A stretch of 64,000 bases of DNA from Podarcis pityusensis (taxonomy: Eukaryota), in the NCBI GenBank assembly GCA_964106645.2, contig OZ067043.1; one strand, written 5' to 3'. The notes under the pieces were generated by a model, which saw only the letters and a list, made by a program, of their open reading frames with translations, was not told the origin of the DNA and did not search any database. Positions 24,701-39,700 of the stretch are shown here, one piece after another (the stretch's first letter is position 1; the number at the start of each line of letters is the position of its first letter). The position numbers and the translations under genes were made by a program.

Positions 24701-27700
24701 AGGGAGAAAGGTTGTTTTCTGCTGCTCCAGAGAAGCGGACACAGAGCAATGGATCCAAACTACAAGAAAGAAGATTCCACCTAAACATTAGGAAGAACTT
24801 CCTGACAGTAAGAGCTGTTCGACAGTGGAATTTGCTGCCAAGGAGTGTGGTGGAGTCTCCTTCTTTGGAGGTCTTTAAGCAGAGGCTTGACAACCATGTC
24901 AGGAGTGCTCTGATGGTGTTTCCTGCTTGGCAGGGGGTTGGACTCGATGGCCCTTGTGGTCTCTTCCAACTCTATGATTCTATGATTCCCAAGTGCTTGT
25001 GGATATCCTGCGTTACCATACCAGCTCTTGGAAAGTTGTATGAACAGATCACCTCTGGAAAGCATTAAAAACACAAATGGAGGCTGCCAAACCTACTGCC
25101 ATTTCAAGTAAAATCACTCCATCAGTTTTGACAAATATTTCACAGTAGTCTGAGTATGAAAGGAAGTAGGTTAGAGCATCTGGCATACAAAGAATGATGT
25201 GGTGAGCATTACAATAACCAAGCTTCTCAAGAAACACTTTGGAAATCTATTGTTCTGACCTACAGCAGACAAGATCAAGTCTTGATGAACCATATCAGAC
25301 AAGTTACAGAGGCCAAGAGTAACTGCTCGTGATGAGCTGCACCTTCCTGTTTCTCTAGGCCAGCCAGGCAGTTTTTGATGCCTGTCAACTGCAGAACAGA
25401 CAAGGTCACATCACTCTGGGTGAATCAATCCCCAAGATATGCAGTCCCCTATAACGACAGGAAACTGTAAGCCTCTCTCTATGCCTGTATCACCTCGTAA
25501 AATCATTGGCACTCTGCTCACAGCTCCATCTCAATGACTGAGATCTGTAGCCGAGAGAATCCATTTTCTAGCTTACTGAGATGTCTATACATAAGATGGA
25601 TATCTGTATCAGACTGCCTTATTTGTAGCTCAGACTCTTATTGTCTTCTAAGGCCACATCTTCACCTCAGTTGCTGCTATTCAGAATCAGCACGAAACAG
25701 AGAAGAGCATTGCATGCTTGTTGTGGGAAAATCTTGAGGCAGGACTCCTTTTAGTCCCATTTCAAATTCATCCAGATTCATCAGTAGGGACCTTTCTAGC
25801 CTCTCCTTAACTGGAAATGACTCAGAGGTCAAGGAATGTGGGATTTTGTTTGTCATTTCTCCCATCTCTTAGTTCAGTTCGGGAAGCAAAGAAAACTACA
25901 AGTTTCACCATCCCTGACAAAAAAACCCAATGCTTCCAAGTCATTTCTAGTTAATGGAGATGCGAGAAAAGTGTTTCCTGTTGCTAGTTACCTTCCTGCT
26001 TTGTTCTTAAAGGTGTTTATTTGGAGGGGGGAGTTCCTGGTGGACAGCTTGGGGGGGGGGAATATTTTTTATTTTTACAGGTGAGCTGGGGGTAGTTGTC
26101 CATTCTTGGTAGAAGTTATGTTCCAACCCACAGTCTCAGCCAGAACCTCAGGTACCAGCTGAGATGGAAACATTTCTAAAATGTCTCCAGGATATGTCTC
26201 TTTGCGGTGGAATCTGGGCCTGTTCCAAAATTGGCATGAGGCACACTGCAGGCAGTGTAGACACTTCCCCAGGAAGCACAACACTCACCATGAGACCTCA
26301 GGAGTGAAGAAGAAGTAGCACTGTCATCTTTCACTTGCCACATCTGAAGCTCCAGACATGCATACATGTCCGGAATAAATAGCAGAATCTATTTTAAATC
26401 TCACAATCATTCAGGAGTTTTGACAAAGAGAAATGAATAGATTCTGCAAAACCATTTTGGAACAGAACCAAGTGCTTCCACAATTCCCAATTCCTCTGCA
26501 GTCTGTGTCAGACATCTGCAACACAATCATAGCAATTCAATTCAGATTAATTTATATAACACCTTTCTACATTACAGTACCCAAGGCACTTTACAACCAT
26601 AGGAATGACAAAATGTACGGAAAAAGTCACATTGTAATATTTTGAATGGTTAAAAAATGACAATTTTTATAAACAAAATTAAAGAATCTGTTTTGCATGT
26701 AAGATAATATCCACAATGTAACATAATGTCACCTCATCAGTTACAAACAACCAAGACAACATCAGCAAAAATACAATAATACAAAATGCCAGAGACCAAA
26801 TACAAAACTAGCATTCCACTATCCAGTGGAATCCGCCCGCTCACAACAAGGTGCCCATGCCACTCAGACCACTTCCATACAGAGAGCACATTGCCATCCA
26901 CTCCAAAGAGTCAGGATTAATACGACTGTAGCTGACACTGCAGACCTTGGTGCCATAGCATCAACAACCGGGAAAGAGCCACAGAACAAGAGCACTTTGG
27001 CTCATGTCCCTAGCTCAAGTAGTTCTCAAGTGAATAAAATACCTGCAAGGTGGGAGAGGCAAAACAGGCAAATGCAACTTCCAGTGTCAAGGTATTTCCA
27101 CTTGGTGTACCTTCCCCACCAGCCTCTTGCAGTCAGAAATGCAAGCCACTGATGAAGCTGAGGGGAAATTTGGAATGTGATAGATGACATATAATTGACC
27201 TGCTGAAACTGGCTGACTGTTTTAACCCTCAACACTGAACTGAATAGTACTGTACATACAATGGGAATTAAAGGCATTTATGAAATGAAGGTAACAGTGT
27301 TCCCCAGCTGGACTGTACCAGTAGGAGTACTTGAATAGGGTCAGCGGCTTTGCATCTCAACTCTGAAATATCTGCCTTCAATGCCAAATTAATGTATTTA
27401 AAGCCAAAGTTGCTGCATGGCTTATATATATCACGGGCATACTGCTAGAGACACTTCATCCTAAGATTTTAATTATCACCATACCAGAAATGTGCCAATA
27501 CTCCAACTAACCTTAAGTTGTTAACCTATCGGTAAAAGAACCAACCACCTGAAATACTAAAAATACAGGTAACACTGAGAAGACAGCACATTTGTTCAGA
27601 TTTTGTGGATAAATGACATTACCTTTCTCTAAGAGATAAGCAATTAAACATAGGAGTTGAGTAATACTTCTGCAGTTGTGGAGGTGCTGAATGCATTAGC

Positions 27701-30700
27701 AGTTGAGTTGAATGGAGCTGCCTACCAGCTATACTCGAAATCAAGTGCTCATCGTAACTGTGAGAAAAACTATGAAGGTCTTTATCAGAATGTGACCTGG
27801 TAGCCTGCCGGAAACAAAAAAAAGAGGAGCATAATTTTTAAGAAAGATACATAGTATGTTTAACATCTTGGCTATACCTGAGTACTACAGTACTGAGTAT
27901 TGCAGTACAATGAAAACATTGTTTTTGTATATTAAAACTCTGAAGCAGCAGAAATAGCTAGAACACTACAACCAAGGAATCACAGTCCTTTATATCCTAA
28001 ATGCCATTTCTCAGGTCATCCACATATCTGAAATTTCCACTTCAGATTTTGAAAATTCTGCCTGAAAGATGTTTTATTTAATTTCTTCAAGGTAAGGGGT
28101 TGTTCCCAGCATATTTGTCTTATTAGTGCAATGACTTCCATTTGCACAACAGGCCTTCCTGAACAGATTGAGAGCAAGCAGGGATAGAAGAGAGAGGGGA
28201 AGTTCCACTGCATAGGCAGAATTGTGCTAATGGGATGACTGTTGGATGCAACCCTAAGACAAAAGTGTTGGCCATATTTAGTAGAATGTCACAGTAAATG
28301 AGATTCTACCAAGATTTAGATGCAATGAAAATGAAACAACATGCCTTCAAATAAAATCATTTTTTGAGATTTAAGCAACGAATGGCAGGATTGCCCAAGT
28401 CAAGATAGAATATAAATTTTAAAACAGTGTGCTTGTCTCAAGGTGCCTAACTTCAACATATATCTAAAATAAACACATTATAAAAACAGTTTAGAAAAAA
28501 CAAAAACAAAGCAGAAACCTCTCAGGCCACAGGCATGCCAGAATGTAAACATTTTGAGCTGGAATCCATCAGAGAGGAAGCCAGATAGAAGGATCTCCCA
28601 AAGTTCCATAGCCCTACGACAGTGAAGCCCCTTGCCTGTGTTACTGCCTACTGAAATTTGGATGGTGCTGGAACACAGAAAAATGGCCTCTTCCATTGTC
28701 CTAGGACAGAGGACAAGAACGTATGGGAAGAAACAGTTCCTTAAATATTTTGGGTCCAAGCTGCTCAGGTCTTTAGAGGTGATAACCGACCCTTAAAATT
28801 GAGCACAGAAATTACTCAGCTGTCAAGGAGATTGAAGTTTAGGCAGATACTCACTTTACTCCAATCATCCCTGCCAAATTCCTCCAACTACACAATATTT
28901 TCACAATAAATGAGGGAAGCAGCTTTCACGACACCTTCAAAAGCTGCAGTTGATGGAGCAGTTCTCCAAAACCAGCATGGAAATGCAGCAGGATAGCAGG
29001 AGGAAGGATCAGTCCATCACTTTTGCGCTTATCCACTTGGTAGAAGGCACAGGGGTTTTTGTTTTTATTAGTCTGTTAGAGGGCTAGTAACCTGTGTTTT
29101 CATGCTGGCCATAGAGAACAGGACTTCTCCATTGCCACCATGGAAACACAAGTGATAAGCCTCTTAGCAGGGAGTAAATATTTTTTCAGGCTTATTCACT
29201 AGGCTGTCCTAAGAGCCACTATGCATGATGGTGAATTGATTGTGTCTAATAGATCATTTGGGCAGCAAACCTAACCAAGTCTACTCAGAAGTAACTCCTA
29301 CTGAATTCATTGGGGCTTAGTCCCCCACAAGTGGAGTTAGGATTGCAGCCCTGGTTGTGAATCATCACCAGAATCCTCATTTATAAAGAGGTCACTGACA
29401 CTGGCATAAGTCAGTGTCCAACAATCAATGTATGCAATGACATTTATCTTGAGAAGATAAGAGGACAGTCCTTTGAGTTAGGACTTGGAAAGTTGCAGCT
29501 GACAATACTTGGCTAGATAGATTAATCTAGGCAGCTTCAGATTTTACGTGTTCATTGTGGCTGTCAATTTTTCCTCAAAATTTGTGAGGCTGTCATATTT
29601 TAACAACGCAAAATATAGAATTGTCAATAGTAAGGAAATAACATTATACAGCAGGAAGCCACTCAGCTAAGATAGTTTTACTCAGCTCATCACATTCAGC
29701 TTTAATTATGCAACCTCCTTTTCAGTACTTACTTTTCGATTCTTGGGTCTATAACTGCCAAGAAGGGTAGGATCTAAAAAATAAAATAAGATAATGTCTA
29801 ATTTGCAAATACGAGTTTTTGCTTTTAGAGTGCACATTTATAATACCAATGTTCAAAGTCCCCAAAGTATTAGTCCTACTGCACTACCTTCAACTGCAAC
29901 CTCTGAGAACAGTGGCTTGTTTGATTACCACACAGTATTAATGGTAACTGAGCACATAAACTGTTTGGACAGTGAAATAATTTAGAGTTTGGGACATAAT
30001 TAGTTATTCAAACCAATGTATCAGTCTCTGGATGCGTGAATGCTTCAGCAGTGTAAAACACTTGGGATAAAACATGATACTTCCATTGAAATATCTCTGC
30101 TGAATAGATTTTCCACATAAGACAACAGCTTTTCTGGTTCAATTTTTTGGGGATGTGTTAATCTTCCTTCCATTCTTCAAATGAAGCTCCTTACAAGAGA
30201 GCATCATTTGGGAAATGGACTAAATATACTCTTATAGGGATTTTTCAGGACCAACAGGAAGCAACTACACAAAAGGGTCCCAGAAAATTAATAGGAAAAA
30301 TAAGTACAATAATGTTTGTTCTAGTATCTAAGCTTTCCGTTTTACTGTCATGGGATCTTGTTAAGAGTTTTTCACCCCATGGCAGGCCTGTCTCCCCAGT
30401 GGAGAGAAGGATTCTGTCTTCTTTCCCCCCTGCTCCATGCTCTCCTACAGGCTGTTGTCATCTCTATTCCCTCACAGAAGGGGGGAAAAATCCCTGTCAT
30501 CTTTTCTTTCCCACTCTGGGTCCTTTTAAGTAACAACCCTTCTCCCTTATAGTCCCACTGTAAGGCCAAGTCCCACTCTTCTGCATGTACATGCAGAGAG
30601 AGAATTGATTTCTATTCCCAACTCTCTCCAGGCCTCCTAAAAATCCACAGAAGATTTATTCTCCTTCTCTTCCCCCAGGTCCCCCAACTTCTAGGTGACC

Positions 30701-33700
30701 TCATTAGTTAACACCAGGAGCCACAACTGAGCCTCCACACTGGAGCAGCTGGGAGGCAGCAGCAGAAATGAGCCAGCCCTATAAGTCAGGCATAGGGAAA
30801 CTCGGCCCTCCAGATGTTTTGGGATTACAGCTCCCATCATCCCTGACCACTGGTCCTGTTGGCTAGGGATGATGGGAGTTGTAGTCCCAAAACATCTGGA
30901 GGGCTGAGTTTGCCTATGCCTGCTATAAGACATCAGCAGCATATTACTAAAATCTTGCTGGAAGCAACCTAAAGCCAATACAGTACTAACAATCAAGATC
31001 AGCTTTATTTATTAGCTTACATTATTATTAGCATTTATATGTATTTCCATCCAATTTTCTGACCAAAATGCTGCTTACAGGTAAAAAACCACATATACAA
31101 AAATACTAGAAACAATGTTCATTTTTTTAAAATTAAAAAAACCTCATTCATTAGTAATTATCACTTAACACAGCACAGAGGTAAAAAAAGTAAGTTCACA
31201 ACAAATAGCAATGGATTGGGTCTCTACTGTAACACATATTAACAGGAGTCACAGTATTAGGCTGCAATTCTATACACCTGAGGTAGGGAACCTCTGATCC
31301 TTGGGACTGTATCAACACCACACTCCCCGCCCCCACATTAATGGGGGCATTAATTGACTTGGATAGAAAAGGCAAACTTGCAGTTAAAATGCATGAAACT
31401 AATTGGCTGCCTTAGTCCTAAGGTCTGAAATGTATGTATCAATAAAATAATGGGTCACCATATCAAGTAAATTTGAACTTGTGGATCAACAAACAAAAAA
31501 GGTTGGGAACCACTGATGTAAAGGACTGCACTGCAAAAAGAATTACGTAGGACCTCTTTTTCATGTTACTGTTAGGTTCATGGGCCACTAGGTTAACACT
31601 GAAAGCCTGTGGACGTGTGGGAGAAATTCCTGTCCCAGCAACTGCCCATACTGGTATACAATAAAGTAACTCTGACATTTTAAAAAGATATAAATCTTGC
31701 TGCATGAACTCTTCTGGCATGACTGCAAGCTTGTGACATGGGAAAAAGCCATGCTGGGCAGCCTCCATGCCACTCAGCAGAACAGGGAGAGACAGAAATT
31801 CTGGGTACTAGGAAAGTTAACATGAGAATGATGTGATACACCAAAGTTCAAGCCACACTGCAAACAAGGATGTGGATAATATTATCTTACGTGGAAAGGT
31901 TCTTCTCTCAAGCGGAACAGTTCACAGAGGGAAATTACGTTCCACCCTGGGGATGATCTACAAAGAAAAGGGCTCTCTTATCTGATGCTCTACCCTGAGA
32001 CTCTTAAACAATAATTGAGACCTCGTTTTTGATCCCTAGAGACTATGACACACAAACAAAAATCCATATAAAAGTATGCACAAATGCCAAAAACCTAACA
32101 AAAATGTTTCAAAGCAGTATAGTGCCTTAATTGCAAATGAACATGACAGGTGGTAAAACCACGAGAGAACGCTATATGGAATTGCAATGGCTTTCAACAC
32201 GGCTTTTCTCTAACAGGTTCCAACTCTAATCCATGGATTACTGGAAGCAACAGAGCAGATAATCCAAGGGGTGTAAATGGGAAATAAGAGATCATAAGCT
32301 CAGTGAGACTTCCTGAAAACACAGTCAGCAGTGAAGGCTGACTTTATAGGAGTATGAGGTTGTATTTTTAAAGTCAAGTGAGAGATATGAAACACAAAAT
32401 GTCTAGATTGTAAGGAATGAGGCAAAAAGATTTGTAGACTCCCCAGTCAGGAAGATGGTACATATCAGCAAGGAATACACAAGTAGTATTTGTTCCTGTT
32501 AAAACACTAAGATCTTTTAGAATTATCTCATCACTAGCAATATTTACAAAAAATGTGTTATGCTGTTACCAAGAATGTAAGGAATCAGATACTGTGTTAA
32601 AAACCGGAATTTTTTATGAACTAGAACAGAGACAAAATTCAGGCCACTGTAGCAATTACACATTGTAAAATATAAACATGTTTATGTCTATAATTGCACA
32701 CATCTTTTGTATACAAAAAAGTACTTACCATAGGTTGTCTCAGGCCAAGCATCTTTTATATTGTCTTTAGGACGGCACCAAGTAAAAACATCAGGTGAAG
32801 CAGACAGCTGTTCTGGCTGAAAATTAAATAATTTCTTAAGTGTTTTATTTATAGTATAAAATGTGTGTCTGTATGCAGTGACCCAGTTTGGACATACAAA
32901 CAATGGTTTATTGTTCAATGCATGAGTGCTGGACTCGTGCACTCCTCCCTACCCTACAGCCTTGCCATAAGGTTAGTCGCTTATGCTTCCATTGCTGTTT
33001 AATTGCAGCTTAGTTTTACTTCTGAATCCTAAACTATGATTAATCTAAAGTATGGTTTATGGAAACAAACCAGCTTCCTGGTTTGAAGTTGGCTTGTTTC
33101 CATAAGCTGCAGTTAAGACCAACCACAGTTTATCTAGATTCAGACAGATCACGTAATTATGATTAGCTTAAAACAGAAGTGCAAGCTATTAGACTTCCAA
33201 ATTCCCAGCCCTGCCAAATTATCATTACCTCAGTTTGTCATACACACTTGTTTGTCATTATGTCTGAATAATGCCTTTGTAAAGTGTCTATTGAAAGAAT
33301 CAAAGACATTACAATTTACACATTACATGATATTTAGGGAAAAAATAGTTGGAAATCCATTGGATACACTTTCAAACCCAGAAATATGTGTGGCCTGAGG
33401 CCTTCATTTGGCCATGCACATCATACTCCTGGTCAACAAAATCATGACATTAGACATTAGACATTTCTCCAGAATTATTTTTTTTTTAGTTTTCCTTGTT
33501 TTACAAAAATAGCCTAATTAAAACACACACACATAAACATAAGGGCTTTAGTCCTTTTAGAACTTTCAGCTACTATCAAGTAGAATTTATACAACCATTG
33601 TGCTATCCAGTGCAGTGGGAAAATAGACACACAAATAATTCAACATGGCACTCATGAAATAACAGGTTCTTTGTCAACTGCCAGCATCAACAAAAGAACT

Positions 33701-36700
33701 TGAGTAGTGCTTTATTTTACATTTAGAGCGCTTAGGAGAAAATAAGCAGCCACAAAGAGAAAGAGCTGAATGATAGGCTTCTTAGAGTAACTGTGAAAAG
33801 CAAGATTTGCTCCTGGCTTAAATTGGAATTGCTGTAGGGCATACATACACGTCGAACTACAAATGGAGGTCTATCCGATTCTTTTCTGAAATCAAAAGGT
33901 CCTAGGTCTAGATGGGCCAGGCGTTGTCTAAGTTGCTGAAGCTCACACATTCGCCTTTTGGTGTAAGGAGATGGAGATCGAGAAAGAGAGGCTACTGTGG
34001 GCTGCTCATACGTTTTTGCTGCTAGGCCCTGCCTGTTTCTCTCAAGTGAGGGAGGATTCTTTTTTGGTGACCTTATCTGTGGCGTTCCATCTTTGGATGA
34101 ACGTTGCTGCTGGTCTAAGTTATCCTGAATTGAAGAGAGTCAATAAGAAAGAATGAACGGCTTCAGAGAATATGCCTCACTATCAATAACACAATTATAT
34201 TCAACAATTATATTGCTTTTAACACACAAAGTCTCCAGAACAAAAGTCTTCAAAACCTCAAGATCACACACAGCTTTGTTCTTGGAGGTGTCTCATTCTT
34301 CCCACTCTCTGCTTCTCTTCTATTCTTAGGTTCACCTGCCCTACAAGAACATTGAACCATCTTCCACCGCCTAGAAAAAAGAAACACTCTGATGCTCCTT
34401 TCAGAGGAGTTTCCTCCACCATTACAGTGGTACCTCGGGTTAAGTACTTAATTCGTTCCGGAGGTCCGTTCTTAACCTGAAACTGTTCTTAACCTGAAGC
34501 ACCACTTTAGCTAATGGGGCCTCCTGCTGCCGCCGCACCGCCGGAGCACAATTTCTGTTCTTATCCTGAAGCAAAGTGCTTAACCTGAAGCACTATTTCT
34601 GGGTTAGTGGAGTCTGTAACCTGAAGCGTATGTAACCTGAAGTGTATGTAACCGGAGGTACCACTGTACTGGCATTGGCCTACTCAATCAAGAACAGTGT
34701 ATGGGTGGTGGTCCAAAGGGTGGTGGTCTAAGAAGGAGTATTTTGCCTTGCTTGCATATGCAGGGGTTGCATACACAGGAGTTGTCAAACATTTGGGGGG
34801 CCTTAACATTGCAGATAAAGAGACTAGACCACAGAATGGTGAGGGCATGCCACTCCATTAATGGGTTAAAAAAGTACCCAAATCAACCACTGCTGCACTC
34901 ACTCTCAGAGAACCTATCTGCATCTCTCCTCTGTTCAGAACAAATGGAAAGATGGATGTCCAGTCCTTCCTATCTATGAAATATGAGCAGTTCAAGGCAA
35001 CATGTTCAGTGCAGAAGAAGTTAAGGCAGCGCCAACAAGAAGTAAACAGGAACAGCAAACAGTGTCTTGTGAATTGCGGACGTTTGAGGAGGCATATGAT
35101 ACCCAGGATCTTTTGCAGGCATCATAGGGGGTACTAGTGCCAGCAGGTTACCCTTGGAGTAGAGTGTCTAATGCATTTATCTATTATTATTATTCCTATA
35201 AAATATTACTTGCCTATCTTTGATTGCTAAATACTAAATTCTTGGGTAAACACAAGTAGCTGCCACTTTTAGATTTACTTATTTGTAATGTTCAGGCTGC
35301 CTTTTACTGAACTTGATTGAAGATGCAAATCAAAATTTCTGAGAAACTTTCATAAGAGGAATTTCACCAAAAGAAACAATCTAGCTATCAATACTCAATC
35401 TAAAAATTAAAGTGCAGATAATTAAGTTATGCTAACCTGCTTTTGAGCTTTTTCTGAACGTAACAGGTTTTCAGAAATAAGACAACTTGTGAAAAACTTC
35501 AATTTTGGTGCAATTCCCTAGAAGAGAGACAATAATTGAACATCAAGCTCCAACTAGAGAGATAAAGGGTATCAAAGAAGTAAATGTCACCTACTGCAAC
35601 AAACCATTCCTAATTTTAACAGTTTCCTTTGTTAATTTCAGCCTTTAATAAAGATAATTAGAAAAGACAGAACAGCAATGGTAAATGTCAAGAAGATAAC
35701 ATTTGCATTTCTGACAATTCAATTACTGATGATTATATTGCTTTTGTACTACAATTAAGGTCTGCCGTTTATTTCAACACATTGCTTTGTCAAAAGCATT
35801 TAAAAAGATTTTCATGGCATGTTACATATCACTAATTAAAAGTCAAGTATTGCTGTACAACCTTTACTCACATCACTTTCAAACTTTTTGATATGGACAA
35901 TGGAGACATTATGATATCCTTTGTTTACACAAAACCTACATTTCCCCTATGTTTGTTTGCCACATCTTAATGCTGGACAAAGGAAAACAAATTATAACAA
36001 ACTCCTTTTACTTTTCCAAAAGTAAACACCCCACCCCACCAGCAGTGAGGGCAACATCATGGTTATAAAAGAGAATATCAGGCAATGCCTGTCAACCAGA
36101 ATGACAAGCTGCAGATTTTTGCATTTTCCTCCCTGTAGCAGGCAGAGGGTGTAGTCACTGGAAGAACTATGTGGCACAGGGGAAGTAGCATAGGATTTGC
36201 CATTTGTGGGGAAAATGTTTCCTCCTATTCCGTTCCTGTTATTTGTGTCCAGTCTTTATCCTCAGCCTATATTGTTTCCTTGCCCTAACTAGACTTATTG
36301 AAGGCAACTTGCACTGATATCATGTGAAACGAATTGCACCAAATGACTCCATATGAAGAAATGGGTCTTAACAAGGAATTTAGTAGCACACTCACTACTC
36401 AAATAGGAATCTGCTGAACTAATAAAAATGTTTGCTAAAAGCAGCCATTCACCAAAGGATCTGTAGGTAGCCAATGAAATGCCATTTTTAAAAAGCTACA
36501 ATAAAGTGAAATCTATGTAATTAAAGATCTGTCAAGATATATTTTGTTCCAAGTACAGTAATGGAGATAATTGCAAAAGGTAGGAATGGCATAGAGAAAA
36601 ACAAATTTTGTTAAGCAGAAGCAGCAGCAGCAGCAGCAGCTTGGCTTATATAATAGGAGTCAATTCTCACTATTATGGGAAGTTCATACTGCTTCCAACT

Positions 36701-39700
36701 ACTTATTCATCTAGCTCAGTACTGTTCACTCCTTAGAGTTTAGGTGGGTTTTAAAAATATTTTTATTCAGGATTGCTTTTAGTTAGTGTGTTGAATATAG
36801 TCTTATATACTGCTATGGCTTGCTGTGGTACATTGAATGAAATGTTTTTACTGTTGACATAACTGTGTTTATGTTGTTATATTATTTTATACAGTTTTAA
36901 ATAGATTTAAACATTGTAAGCTGTCATGGGAAAATACCATCTTTCGAATGGCAGCCAATAAATTTATTAGATAGATAAACAAATAAAATATTTGACCAAC
37001 ATAAGCTTTCCAGGTTCTTGGGCAGAGGGATTTTCTATATGGAGATACCAGACGAATCTAAAGGATGCATTCTGCAACTGAACTATGGTTCCTTCACAGA
37101 ATATCGTTCTTGTTTATAGCATGTGGTGGCAATAGTCAAAAGCATATCACCCAACCAAGTCGCATAGCAACAAAATGTCAGAAAAAGTCAATTCAAATAA
37201 ACAAGAGGAAGTTTATGCCCTGTGAAACAAAATGTACTGCATAGAACAGTACAAATGGATCAAGCCTTAATTCAGCACATCTCTTAAACAAATATCCCCA
37301 AAGCCTGGACAATGAATCATATATTGTGATAATGTGGATCTTAAATAATCCACATTGTATATGGAGCATATCAAAGTATTGAGCGATATTTCAGAGCCAA
37401 GAACAATTTCACCACTTACTGTAAAACCAAAGGCCTTCTTCATTAAAATTTCACGAACTGACCCTCGTTGTCCAGTGATTGATTTAGGAGCAGGGAAAAG
37501 GAAATCTCTTGTATTTTCCTCATAAGTGGCTAGAATTTCTCCAACTGAAAATAATAGTTATACATATGATAGGGGGGGCAGATATCACCTGCTTTCTCTT
37601 TTTTATCAAATATAGGCAAGCCAGACTGTATACAAAAAGGATAGCCCAATCGAAGTAAAGCAGTTTTGAATCCTACTAATTTCAATAGAAGAATTAAATA
37701 CAGACCTATTTTTTTCCAACTAAAACCAATGGGTTATATTCAGCTTTATACATACCCACTGAAATCAATGGATTATCAAGTTCTGCCTTCAATAGGTCTA
37801 CTCCCAATATTATTGACATGGAAAATTATCCTAAAGACCTTTTAAGCAATTCTACTAGTTGTGCATTTGCCTTTTGAGCCCATGCAACATCATACAAGAA
37901 CTGGAAAACCTGTTGCAGCAATGTTTCTAGATGATAGGTTGGAAACAGTATTAGAAACTTGATTCTTTCCAGAGCCTGAGCTCTGTGTGTGTGTTTGTGT
38001 GCTGGGGGTATAAGTCAGATTTAGGGATGGGGTTTAAGTTTAAGTTATTATATTGCAAAAAATTAAATTCTAGAAATGAACACTATGAGACCTCATAAGA
38101 GAAAAGAATCATCTAAAAACCAGGTGTGGTGGTTTTTTCTTTGCAAAGATACAGGCCTTCAAAGCATATTACACATATAAACACATAGATTTACATAGGC
38201 TAATAATGGGATTTTAAAAAGCAGATCAGAGCTATCAGGAAAAAGCAAAAAATATAAATCTAAACTGATTTTTTTTAATCCATTCAAGAAAGCTCCCTGT
38301 TTAAAATTTATGGTCTCAAATTTTAACACATCAGCAAAAAAGAGTACCTTGTCAAAACAATCCAGAGCAAAAGTGATAGAAGGTTATGTTGTGTATTGAA
38401 CATAATTGGTTATTAGCAATGTCTGTACCTGAGAAGGAATGTTGCTTGTAAGTAGATACTGAAAAATAAGATTAATTCCCAGTGCATGATTGGATAATTA
38501 CATAAATAGACAACAGCTGCATGATTGGCAGTTCAGTTATCTATGTAAAATTTATTTTTATCAGTTTAACCAACCTTACAACTACAAAATAGACTATCAA
38601 GAATTTAAAATATGATACAAAATTCCACAATAAATCAAGTTTGAAACAATCTTTCAATTAAAAGTGCCAATAAAAATAACCCAGATGCAGCAAAATGACA
38701 GCTCAGACATCTGAAAATGGAAGCGACTCCTGTTTCTCAACCACAGGCTCCTAGTCTGCTAACTGAATTCTACCAGAGGCAGAAGGGCGAGGATCTTTTC
38801 AGTGATCTCTTTTTCAATCTCTACCCCTCTGCACCAGGTCCCGCAAGAGAATCCTCCATCCACTGGGACATAGACGGCTGCACCCCATGGGAACATTTAG
38901 ATACTGTATCGGGTTCCACTGAAAATATTCTGGATCCAACCAAATGTAAACTAGTGATTGCCCTAAAAAATTTAGCCCACCAACAAAACAGACTTTTGAA
39001 GGAGAAAGGCTTTTATAGCCTTCCTGAAACCCTGGAGAGTATTAGCCATAGGGAACTTATGAGGGAGAACATTACACTCTGCTCCCCTTTGCCCACGTGC
39101 CAAGGCTCAGGTGGTCAAGACACTCAGTATGGAGATTCATCAGACATTTTACAAAAGTGGTTTAGAAAAACAGTTTCTAGTATATCTGTGGTCTAAAATA
39201 TAAATGCACCTGTGTAGGCTCTGCACGTGAGGAAACTGCAGGGTGCAGATCATAGAATCATATAATTGTAGAGTTGCAACTATCCTATATGGCGATCAAA
39301 CCTGCAACCTTGGCATTATCAGCACTACGCTCTTGAGCTATCATATGGACAAACACAGGGAGGTAGCAGGGAAGAAGCCATCATCTTCCCTGGCGTAAGG
39401 ATAGTGTGTATTGTGATTCTATGCAACAGTGGAAGATCCACAGCTAAGGAAGGTTTATTATGCTGACTCTGAATAGTTGAGAACTATGCTGTTTGCAACC
39501 TGAGAAGCAGAGTCCTCTGCAATATGTTAGGCATTCATGAAAATTTCTCTAAAAAGCTCCATAATTCATGAATTTATCAATACCTGGAGGAACAGTTTGT
39601 ATTAATTCAAGTACTGTTGTGTCACCTAGAAAAAAAGAAGAAAACTATAGTCAGAAGTTGTTTGGAGATGCAAACGAAAAGCTTTACACCAATTTAACTT

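Noticed and set aside
26289-26343. Exon-like segment with a strong gtgagt donor in intron 10
   Set aside because: The pyrimidine tract is poor, there is an immediate in-frame stop, and exons 10 and 11 already join in phase.
34460-34650. Regularly spaced taacctgaag repeats resembling an array
   Set aside because: These are internal subterminal repeats of a Tigger-like MITE in a vertebrate genome, not a CRISPR array.
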